Positions 1 through 10,901 of a DNA stretch of 64,000 bases are shown here, one piece after another. The stretch comes from Squalus acanthias. Its lineage: Eukaryota. The notes beneath the pieces are model-generated. The model was given only the letters and a program-made list of their open reading frames with translations. It was not told the DNA's origin and made no database searches. Positions within the stretch are counted from its first letter, which is position 1. Each line of letters begins with the position of its first letter. The stretch covers positions 125,676,001-125,740,000 of the forward strand of contig CM059432.1 in assembly GCA_030390025.1 (NCBI GenBank), given 5' to 3'. Position numbers and translations under genes: made by a program.

Positions 1-1019
1 TCATTACTCATGATCCCTTTAAGTAGCGCCCCTGGAGCTGGCATCCACCTGCTTGATACCTCCTCTCCTGGAATACTGCATACAGTTTTGGTGTCCATAC
101 TTAAGAAAAGACATACTTGCTCTCGAGGCAGTACAAAGAAGGTTCACTTGGTTAATCCCGGGGATGAGGGGGTGGACATATGAGGAGAGGTTGAGTAGAT
201 TGGGACTCTACTCATTGGAGTTCAGAAGAATGAGAGGCGATCTTATTGAAACATATAAGATTGTGAAGGGGCTTGATCGGGTGGATGCGGTAAGGATGTT
301 CCCAAGGATGGGTGAAACTAGAACTAGGGGGCATAATCTTAGAATAAGGGGCTGCTCTTTCAAAACTGAGATGAGGAGAAACTTCTTCACTCAGAGGGTA
401 GTAGGTCTGTGGAATTTGCTGCCCCAGGAAGCTGTGGAAGCTACATCATTAAATAAATTTAAAACAGAAATAGACAGTTTCCTAGAAGTAAAGGGAATTA
501 GGGGTTACGGGGAGTGGGCAGGAAATTGGACATGAGGCTGAGTTCGGATCGGTCGAGGCCCTGTGGGTGGCGGAGCGGGCCCAGGGGCTGAGTGGCCGGG
601 TCCTGCTCCTACTTCTTGTGTTCTTTAGATTTGAGGTGAGGATCAGATCAGCCATGATCTTATTGAATGGCGGAGCAGGCTCGAGGGGCCGATTGGCCTA
701 CTCCTGCTCCTATTTCTTATGTTCTTATGTTCTTATGTTCTCCCTGTTGCTGTCAGGGCGAGGCGCTAAGGCAGGGGGCGACAATGAATTTTACAGATTC
801 GGCGCCCAGTGAGCATCGCACACTCACTGATGTCACGATCTGCCTGGCACTGAGGGCCCTGGCGGCAACTTCAAGCAGCGGAGCTACGGGGGGGAGGGGA
901 GGTGGTGGATATGGCGTGCTTTGCTAGATTCACCTTGCCCTGGCGCTACTGCATCAGTGCCTTGTTAGTGTCTCCGCCAGGCGTTAACTGGAGGCGCTAA
1001 CCAACTGAATTTTTCCCCC
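1..1019. mobile_element. Right part of a non-autonomous Harbinger-type DNA element, interrupted by a CR1 at ~68-740
   Basis: Ends in ...caactgaatttttccccc (1019), the same terminus as the element ending at 2677. Shares ggcgcta-rich subterminal sequence with it. Confidence 0.6.
68..740 (+). mobile_element. CR1 (HER1-like) LINE, 5'-truncated 3' end
   Basis: ORF2 C-terminus LEYCIQFWCPYLRKD...RRMRGDLIETYK...TRGH...FFTQRVVGLWNLLP, followed by 3' UTR and (tcttatgt)n tail. Confidence 0.92.
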
Positions 1020-1364
1020 TAAGTTACTAATGACTTATCATGAACTGAATCAGAACAAGCACCACAGTGGTGGTGGTGGTGGTGGTGGTGTTGGGGTGGG
1101 GGGGGGCGGGGGGTTGGAGGGCGGGGCAATCGGTGGTGGGGGGGCATAGGGGATTGCCATGGTAATATCAGTGAAAGGCATGTTGCAATGTTTGCAATGA
1201 TATAGTTCCCATTTATTCCATTGGATTACCCTATGGCCACGGTTGCTTCACATTTACTGTGAGTTGCGTCATGTTACTGCAGGTGGTAAGTTATCAGTTC
1301 TGATAATTACTGCAAGTCTGCAGTTTACACCTGGCACGCTGTACGTTGACTAAAACAGCAATTG

Positions 1365-1705
1365 ATACTGCCCAGTATGCATTGAGAAAGGTCCAAGTTT
1401 TTGATCCCTGATGTGTGCTACTAGCTGATCTTAGTTAAGATGACAGTCAAAGTGCTGCATTTCTGGGCAGAGGAAAAACGTTTAGCCAGGGTCTCCACCG
1501 CATGTTGCTATGCAGTGTCCCCCGCTGGGAAGTGAGCATGTGTAGACGTTGGGTGAGGACATGATTGAGCTTGACTGTAACAATCTTGCAGGTTATTAGC
1601 TTGCCGACGCTCACTATCTCGACTCTTTCAAGAAAAATCGTCTCTTGGGTGAGATATCATCCCAGCATGAGTCAGTTCAGCACCTTCAGGACAGGAGGGG
1701 GAAAA
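1365..1705 (+). mobile_element. Old tRNA-derived SINE, AmnSINE2-like
   Basis: ggtcc..tgatccctg..tagctgatctta..agccaggg..gacgttgggtgaggac..cagcatgagtcag..ccttcagga motifs. Similar copies at ~2681-3008, ~27130-27690 and ~52740-53070. Family name from recalled consensus. Confidence 0.5.
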
Positions 1706-1811
1706 TGATCAAGCAAAGCTTAGTGATGTAGGAATTGGAAGTGGATTTGTCTAAAGTAAGTAATAAAAATCTCCCTTGAGCTTCCCCCATGTCTCAGTTG
1801 ATTGACACACT

Positions 1812-2677
1812 GGGAGAGAAATTCGGTATCGCCCCGTTTGGGGCGCAACTATCGACTGGGCACAAAGTTCAGTGCCTGGTGCTAATTATCGCCTCTGACT
1901 GCAAACTTGGCTTCTATCGCCCCTGGAGGTGATTGGAGCGCTAAATCAGGCGCTACACACCTCTCTTAAGGCGCTAACGCCGAGGAGCGAGGCGCTACCT
2001 CAGAGCGCTGGCGAAGCTCATGTAATGTCAGTCAGCAATGGAACACACACACACTGGTGCCAGCCAGTTCTTAAAGGGGAGGGTCGATCTTGCTCTCCAT
2101 CCAAATCCTGCTCATTGCAGCCTTGAATCTCGGCCTGGAGAGACCTGTACATAAATTCTGCTGGAAAGAACAATGGAGAGGCCCAGGGAAAGAGCTCAGA
2201 GTGCAGCCCCCACAGTCTCTTCTAAATCGATGCAAGGAAGGACAAATCAAAATAAACCTGCAAAGTGCTGCTCAGTACCCAAAACTCCTTCACACAGCGT
2301 TGAATCTCTCCAGAAGTCTCTCTCTCTCTCAGAATGCGTGGTGGAAAAATGTCACCGACAAAAAAAGTCAGGAAGCGGTCGCCTTTAAAAAGCGCTCCCC
2401 CAGTTCCTTCCCGACTACAAAATGTTCCCCTGAACCTGTCATTGCTAGTGGCAGGCGGTAAGGCAGGGGGCACCACTCAATATCCGGTCCGGGGCGCTAC
2501 TGGGGCGTTGCACGCTCGACTGACGTCACAATCTGTGGGCGCAGGAGATTGTGGCAGTAGTGTTTAGCGGCGCCGCAAAATGTCTGGTCAATTTCGTGAG
2601 CGGTGCAACCATCACCGCGCCCGGGCGCTCGTTGCTTTGCACTAACGGGAGGCGCAAAGCAACTGAATTTTTCCCCC
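1812..2677. mobile_element. Non-autonomous Harbinger-type element (866 bp) inserted into a SINE head
   Basis: TIRs gggagagaaattcggt / actgaatttttccccc; 3-bp flanks act/aat. Confidence 0.7.
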
Positions 2678-2680
2678 AAT

Positions 2681-3008
2681 GAGTAGCTGAGCCCTATAGA
2701 CTAGAAAGTGCCAGGTTTGATTTCCAGCCTGTACTCAGTTGGCTAAGCTCAGCTAGGGTAGTAGGGATGCTACCATTGGCCCCAGTGCCCAGGTAAGGAC
2801 TCCATCAACCCCTGCTGAAATGCGCACGGCTGTCGGGCAGGATTTGTCACAGCTGTGATGCCCTCATGATTGAATAGCCTGCCAATTCTCATTGTCAAGG
2901 CTCAGAAATGAATAATGAGCACTTGAGTGAGATACCGGAAACTACCAAGCACCGATGGAACTGTACCCCAGCAAGGAGTCAATACCTTCAGGAGAGGAGT
3001 AGGAGGGG
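2681..3008 (+). mobile_element. AmnSINE2-like SINE body (its head at ~1788-1811 is separated by the Harbinger insertion)
   Basis: Collinear similarity to 1365-1705 and 27130-27690. Confidence 0.5.
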
Positions 3009-4996
3009 ACTAAGTTGTATGAAAGTAGGATTAAATACTTAAGACCCTCATTCCCCTTACCATATTTAAGTTTAGAGATGTCTCGTGGGTGCACTATTTG
3101 TATTAATTGCTTGTGCTATGCATTGATGGAGGAGAATACCAAGAAGAAAGAATCCTTTGAGGAGGACCAAGAACCAACTACTTGGGTGTCACTGAGTGGC
3201 TGTGTGCGCAACAGTTCTGTCCCATTAGAGATGCCACCACTGCCATATGATACATCATCAGAGCCTATTTTAAGTCACCACCTGTGATTTCAGCAGCACT
3301 ACTGCTTGTCAAAGTGAACAATGTAATCAGCTCCTCTGTTTCTGGTTGCTTTGAGTCGCTATGGAGAATTTTTGAGATGTTGCACAATCAACAATGTCCA
3401 AATGCATTGACATAATCACAAACACACTTCTACAGAAAGAATTTCACCCACCTGCCAAAGTCAGTAGGGAAGCAGACTGCTAACCAATGAAGGATTTATC
3501 CTGTTGCTGGTCTTCCGTGTGTGCTGTGAGTCATCGACTGCATTGAAATACACAACTCTCACCTACATAAGTTGCAAGAAACACTGCTCTGTGCAGACCA
3601 TCTGCATTACAAAGACTTAATCATACAAATAACTGCCAATTCCTCTGAATCAATGCATTATTTCTTTATGTTTAATTAAGCTGGGGCTATTCTGAGAAGG
3701 TAACAGGGTGAACAGTTATCTCCTTGGGACTATGGACGTGATCTTAAAGATATATCTGTTGACACCCTGACACCAACGACAAACCCAAGGACAACATTAA
3801 TGTAATAAGGCACATTTGGGGTAAAAATGTCAAAAGAACTTTCAAAACATTGAAGATCTCATTATCTATGCCATTCTGAAGGTTCCAGCCAAGTATGTAC
3901 CTCTCAATGTATGTAAAATTCTCTACATGTTAATTGCCTATAACCTTGTCCAAGGAGTGATATCTAAGAGCAGAGAAAATTAAAGCTCTTGCACCAGCCT
4001 TAAATCACAAGAGAAAACAGGGCCAACAATACTCCAGTTCTAACGGAGGGTGTACACCTAAAGCACTGGGCCGGACTTTGTTGGAAAGTTGCGCCATGGT
4101 AATGCTGCACCTACGGCGCACACGATTACTATTTCCAGCAAATTATGGTGTGAGTGACTCAGTCCATTACTTACGCCACGGCAAAACGTCCTGATACTTT
4201 TCCTGATTAAAGCTACTTAGATTGTCGCAGAATGGTCCTGGTGGGGTGAATATACAGGAGTCATTACAGGAACGTATTTAAAAAAGGCAGCATCACTTCT
4301 GGGCATTATGACACAGTTGCTAATTCAATTCTAAATTTTATTGATCAAATTGATCAAAGCAGAGCCCACATTTTTGGAAGTTTAATGTAGTGCAAATGCG
4401 AATGTTATTTATACTTATTTCTCACACTGCTAGATACGGTAATCGAAAAAAGTAGGGTAATCCTCGAAACATTGTGAAATTTCCTCTTGAGCTGACTGTT
4501 TTCTGCAGTGTTTCTGAAAACACTTTTTGACGTCAATCACGGGTGAAGTACAGAACTCATTTTAAAATCCACAGCTCCCAGCCATACCCTCCTGATACAG
4601 TGTGAGAGTTACAGAAGAACTGTTTGTCCTTGTGGCCATAGTTATTCACTATTTGTCCCTGTTTATAACTTTTAGTAATTTGCTGCCAAAAATGTTGGGT
4701 CGAGGCAGCAATCTAATAGAATTAGGCGCTGCTGTGTTCTCATGAATTGCTTAACAATAACTAGACTTGAATCAACAAACTGACCTATGAGAAAGCAGGG
4801 CATCACGGTAGAGACCTGGTGAGTATTGAAAAGGAGCGTCGGAGCATCTGACAAGTGACGCCATAGACAGAACAGAGGGACGAGCAACAAAGCCCAAAGA
4901 ATAAAAGCCAAATGTTTAATTTACTTATTTACGCCTTTTATATTTAAATACATAGGAGATATGGGGCTACTAAACTAGAACATATATATAACATAA

Positions 4997-7179
4997 GTCC
5001 CAAACTCCTCCATCACCATCCCTGGTGTGTCCTGTCCCACCGGCCGGACAGACCCACCAGGGGTGGCAGCACAGTGGTATACAGTCGGGAAGGAGTGGCC
5101 CTGGGAGTTCTCAACATTGACTCCGGACCCCATGAAGTCTCATGGTTTCAGGTCAAGCATGGGCAAGGAAACCTCTTGCTGATTACCAGCTACCACCCTC
5201 CCTCAGCTGATAAATCAGTACTCCTCCATGTTGAACACCACTTGGAAGAAGCACTGCGAGTAGCAAGGGCACAGAATGTACTCTGGGTGGGGGACTTCAA
5301 TGTCCATCACCAAGAGTGGCTTGGTAGCACCACTACTGACCAAGCTGGCCGAGTCATGAAGGACATAGCTGCCAGTCTGGGCCTGCGATAGGTGGCGAGA
5401 GAACCAACACGAGGGAAAAACCTACTTGACCCCGTCCTCACCAATCTACCTGTCGCAGATGCATCTGTCCATGACAGTATTGGTAACAGTGACCACCGCA
5501 CAGTCATTGTGGAGACGAAGTCCCATCTTCACACTGAGGACACCCTCCATCGTGTTGTGTGGCACTACCACCGTGCTAAATGGGATAGATTCAGAACAGA
5601 TCTAGCAGCTCAAAACTGGGCATCTGTGAGGCGCTGTGGGCCATCAGCAGCAGCAGAATTGTATTCCACCACAATCTGTAACCTCATGGCCCAGCATATC
5701 CCTCACGCTACCATTACCATCAAGCCAGGGGACCAACCCTGGTTCCATAAGGAGTGTAGAAGAGCATGCCAGGAGCAGCACCAGGCGTACCTAAAAATGA
5801 GGTGCCAACCTGGGGAAGTTGCAATACAGGACTACATGCATGCTAAAAAGCAGAAGCAGCATGCTATAGACAGGGCTAAGTGATCCCACAATCAATGCTA
5901 AGAATTGGGTTCCGCCAAGACCACTCGGCTCCCGACCTCATTACAGCCTTGGTCCAAACATGGACAAAGGAGCTGAATTCCAGAGGTGAGGTGAGAGTGA
6001 CTGCCCTTGACATCAAGGCAGCATTTGACTGAGTCTGGCATCCAGGAGCCCTAGTAAAACTGAAGTCAATGGGAATTGGGGGAATAATGCTCCACTGGCT
6101 GAAGTCATACCTAGCACAAAGGAAGATGGTTGCGGTGGTTGAAGGTCAATCATCACAGCCCCAGGACATCATTGCAGGAGTTCCTCAGGGCAGTGTCCTA
6201 GGCCCAACCATCTTCAGCTGCTTCATCAATGACCTTCCCTCCAACATAAGGTCAGAAATGGGGATGTTCGCTGATGACTGCACAGTGTTCAGCGCCATTC
6301 GCAACTCCTCAGATAATAAAGCAGTCCATGCCCGCATGCAACAAGACCTGGACGACGTTTAGGTTTGGGCTGATAAGTGGCAGGTAACATTCGCGCCACA
6401 GAAGTGCCAGGCAATGACTATCTCCAACAAGCGAGAGTCTAACAACCGCCCCTTGAAATTCAATGGCATTACCATCGCGAAATCCCCCACCATCAACATC
6501 CTGGGGGTCACCATTGACCAGAAACTTAACTGGACCAGCCACATAAATACTGTGGCAACAAGAGCAGGTCAGAGGCTAGGTATTCTGTGGCGAGCGTCTC
6601 ACCTCCTAACTCCCCAAAGTTTTTCCACCATCTACAAGGCACAAGTCAGGAGTGTGATGGAATACTCTCCACTTGCCTGGATGAGTGCAGCTCCAACAAC
6701 ACTCAAGAAGCTCGACACCACCCAGGACAAAGCAGCCCGCTTGATTGGCAGCCCATCCACCACCTTAAACATTCACTCCCTCCAGGTTGTAGATGGTACA
6801 CACAGCATACCGTGGCTGCAGGGTGTACCATCTACAAGATGCACTGCAGCAACTCGCCAAGGCTTCTTCAACAGCACCTCCCAAACACACGACCTCTACC
6901 ACCTAGAAGGACAAGGGCAGCAGGCTCATGGGAACACCACCACCTGCAAGTTCCCCTCCAAGTCACACACCATCCTGATTTGGAAATATATCGCCGATCC
7001 TTCATCGTCGCTGGGTCAAAATCGTGGAACTCCCTCCCTAACCGCACTGTGGGAGGACCTTCACCACACGGACTGCTGCAGTTCAAGAAGCCGGCTCACC
7101 ACCACCTTCTCAAAGGCAACTAGGAATGGGCAATAAATGCCGGCCTTGCCAGCGACGGCCACATAAACGAATACAAAAA
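4997..7179 (+). mobile_element. CR1-group LINE (Zenon-like), degenerate ORF2 with an internal deletion near 5895
   Basis: APE endonuclease motifs (VGDFNVHHQEWLGS, SDH) and RT motifs (GVPQGSVLGP, FADDCT). 3' tail gggcaataaatgc..gccagcgac. Stops and frameshifts present. Confidence 0.85.
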
Positions 7180-7184
7180 TTAAG

Positions 7185-10100
7185 AGGCATATATATATAA
7201 CATACATAGATAGACAGTAACTTTCAGTAAAATGATGGGACAGCTGCGAGCCATTGCCTACACATCCTGTGCCATGTGCAAACTCCAGGACGCTTCGTGT
7301 GTCCTGGATAATCACGTGTGCAGGAAGTGCCTCCGGCTCCTCGAACTCAAGCTCGGTGTTTCTGAACTTGAGGAGCGGCCGGGGTCACTGCAGGGCATAC
7401 GGGAGGCTGAAAGTTTCATAGTTTCCAGTTTGAGAGTTCAGGAGGATAGTAAGTGGGTGGCCGTCCGGCAGGGTAGGAAAAGGCAGGCAGTGCCAGGAAT
7501 CCTCCGGGAGTGTGGCACTCACAATCCGGTCTTCAGTGCTGAAAACATTGTGAGGGTGACGACACCTCGAAGGAGTGCAATATACAGCACATCCAGGGCA
7601 CCGTGGGGTACATGACTGCACGGGGTGGGGGAGGGAGGGCACAGCAAAGTGTAGAAATGCAGTGGTATAGGAGATTCAATAGTCAGGGGGATAGGCAGGC
7701 ATTTCTGCAACCACTGACGTGAGTCTTGGATGGTGTGTTGCTTCTCAGGTGCCAGGGTAAAGAACCTCACTGAACGGGTGCTGACATTCTGCAAGGGGAA
7801 GGGGGAGGAGGGAAACAGCCAGAAGCCGTAGTCCATGTCGGAACCAATGACATAGGAAGGAAAAGTGTTGAGGTCCCACAGTCACAGTCTCAGGAACTAT
7901 GGAGAAAGCTAAAGAGCAGGCCCTCAAAGGTAGTCATCTCTAGATTACTCCCAGTGCCACGCGCTAGTGATTATAGGAACAGTAAGATAAAGCAGGTTAA
8001 TGCGTGGCTGGAGACATGGAACAGGGGTGAAGGCTTCAGATATCTGGGGCATTGGGACCTGTTCTGGGGCAGGAGGGGCCTGAACAAGATGGATGGGTTG
8101 CACCTCAACAGGGCTGGGGCTAATGTCCTCGTGGGGAGGATAACTAATGCTGTGTGGGAGGCTTTAACCTAATTTAACAGGGGGGAGGGGAACCCGGATG
8201 AAGCATCAGAGAGAGGGGAGACAAGGTTCACAGAGGACTGGGAGAGACAAACAGTATTAGAATAAAGAGTAGTTCAGAAATAGGAGGGATCAGACAGGGA
8301 GAAATACATGGCAGAATAAAGTGGGTTTGAAGTGCATGTGCGTAAATGCATTGAGTGTGGCAAATAAGGTTGGTGAGCTGTAGGCACAAATTGCCACATG
8401 GGACTATGATATAGTGGCAATAACGGACCTGGCTCAAACAAGGGGAGGAATGGGCACTTAATATTCCTGGCAACAATGTAATCAGGAAAGATAGGGAAGG
8501 AAAAAAAGGAGGGGATTGTCATATTGGTTAAAGGTACTGTTACAGCACTGGAAAGAGATGGTGTACCTGAGGGATCAAAGACAGAATCTATTTGGGTAGA
8601 GTTAAGGAACAGAAGAGGAGCTGTTATGCTGCTGGGTGTGTACTACAGGTCACCAAAGAGTGGGAAGGAGATGGAGGAGGAAAATTTCAGAAAGATACAA
8701 GAACAATAGAGTAGTGATAATGGTGGACTTGAATTATCCTAATATAGACTGGGAAAGTAACAGTGTAAAGGACAATGAGGGGGAGGAATTCCTGAAATGT
8801 GTACAAGAGAGCTTTCTTCATCAGTATGTTTCCAGCCCAACGAGGAAGGAAGCAGTGCTGGGTCTCGTTCTGGAGAATGGAGTGGGGCAAGTGGAGCGCA
8901 TTTCAGTAGGAGAGCATTTGGGAGCAGCGATCACAATATCAGGTTTAGTGTAGTTATGGAAAAGCACAAGGAACAATCAAATGTAAAAATACTCAACTGG
9001 AGGGGGGCTAATTTCAGTGAGCTGTAAAGGGATCTGGCCCAGGTGGATTGGAATCAAAGATTGGCAGGTACAACAGTAAATGAGCAATGGGAGGCCTTCA
9101 AAGAGGAGATAGCTCAGGTACAGACTAGACACATTCCCACAAGGGGAAAGGAAGGGCATCCAAAGCTGGAGCTCCCTGGATGACTAAAAAGAGGTTAAAA
9201 TGAAACAGAAAAGGGAGGCTTATGATAAATGTCAGATTCATATTACAGTAGAGAACCAAGCTGAATACTGACAGTGCAGAGGAAAAATGAAAAAGAAAAT
9301 AAGAGGGGCAAAGAGAATGTATGAGAAGAGATTAGTGGGTATCATATAAGGGAACATTAAAGTCTTTTATAAACATATAAATAGTAAAAGGATAGTTAAA
9401 GGAAAGGATTAGGGACCAAAAGGAAATCTTTTTGTGGAGGCAAAGGGCATGGCTGAGGAACTGAATGAGTATTTTGCATCTGTTTTCAAAAAGGAAGAGG
9501 ATACAGCCAAAGTCACAGTAAAGGAGGAGGTAGTAGATAAATTGGATAGGATAAAAATAGATAAAGAGGAGCTACTTAAAAGGTTGGCAGCGCTCAAACT
9601 AGAAAAGCTACCTGGTCCAGATGGGATGCATCCTAGACTACTGAGGGAACCAAGGGTGGAGTTAGTGTAAGCTCTGGCCACAATCTTCTGATCCTCCTTA
9701 ACATGACAACCAGCATGGATTTGTTAAAGGCATATCGTGTTTGACTAACTTGATCAACTTCTTTGATGAAGTAATGGAGAGAGTTGATGAAGGTAATGCG
9801 ATTGACCTTGTGTACATGGACTTTCAAAAGGCGTTTGATAAAGTACCACATAATAGATGTTAGCAAAATTGGAGCCCATGGGATTAAAGGGGTAGTGGCA
9901 GTGTGGAATTGGCGAAGGGACAGAAAGCAGAGAGTAGTGGTGAACGGTTGTTTTTCAAACTGGAGAGAAGCGTGCAGTGGTGTCCCCCCAGGGGTCAGTG
10001 TTGGGACCACTGCTCGTATTGATATATATTCATGACCTGGACTTGGATATACAGGGCATAATGTCAAAGTTTGCAGATGACACGAAACTCGGAAAAGTAG

Positions 10101-10898
10101 TAAATAGTGAGGATAGTAGCAGATTTCAGGAGGGCATGGGCAGACTGGTGAAATGGGCAGAAACATGGCAGATGAAATTGAACACAGAGAAGTTAAGTGT
10201 GATGTGATGCATTTTGGAAGGAAGAATTTTAAAGGGGGTGCAGGAACAGAGAGACCAGGGGTTTACATACACAAATCTTTGGAGGTGGCTACACAATTCG
10301 ATAAGGCTGTTAAAAAGGCATACAGGATACTCAGCTTCATAAAAGTTATGCTAAACCTTTATAAATCACTGGTTAGGCCTCAGCTGGAGTACTGTGTCCA
10401 ATTCTGGGCACCACACTCTAGGAAGGATGTCAAGGCCTTGGAGAGAGTGCAGAGGAGATTTACTAGAATGGTACCAGGGATGAGTTACGTGCAGAGACTA
10501 GAGAAGCTGGGATTGTTCTCCTTAGAGCAGAGAAGGTTAAGGGGAAATTTAATAGAGGTGTTCAAAATCGTGAAGGGTTTTGATAGAGTAAATAAGAAGA
10601 AACTGTTTCCAGTGGCAGATAGATCAGTAACCAGAGGACATAGATTTAAGGTAATTGGCAAGAGAGCTGGGGTGAAATGAGGAGAATCAGTTGTTATAAT
10701 CGGGAATGCACTGCCTGAAAAGGTGGTGGAAGCAGATTCAATGGTAACTTTCAAAAGAGAATTGGATAAATATTTGAAGGGGAGAACATTGCAGTGCTAT
10801 GGGGAAAGAGCAGGAGTGTGGGACTAATTGGATAGCTCTTTCAAAGAGCCAGCACAGACATGATGGGCCAAATGGCCTCCTTCTGTGCTGTAAGATTC
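7185..10898 (+). mobile_element. Near full-length degenerate CR1 LINE (ORF1 zinc finger + SGNH esterase; ORF2 APE + RT); probable 5' UTR at ~4690-4996
   Basis: ORF1 SCAMC..HVCRKC, GDSIVRG and DGLHLN. ORF2 DLNYPNIDW, PGPDGMHPRLL, PQGSVLGP, KFADDTKL, RPQLEYCVQFWAP. Many disablements. Confidence 0.92.
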
Positions 10899-10901
10899 AA
10901 T

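Noticed and set aside
3015..3287. 90-aa ORF in unique sequence
   Set aside because: No recognisable homology or convincing splice signals.
4068..4150. Imperfect hairpin starting gggccggactttgttggaaa (possible old Harbinger MITE end)
   Set aside because: Too degenerate; no matching second terminus or TSD identified.
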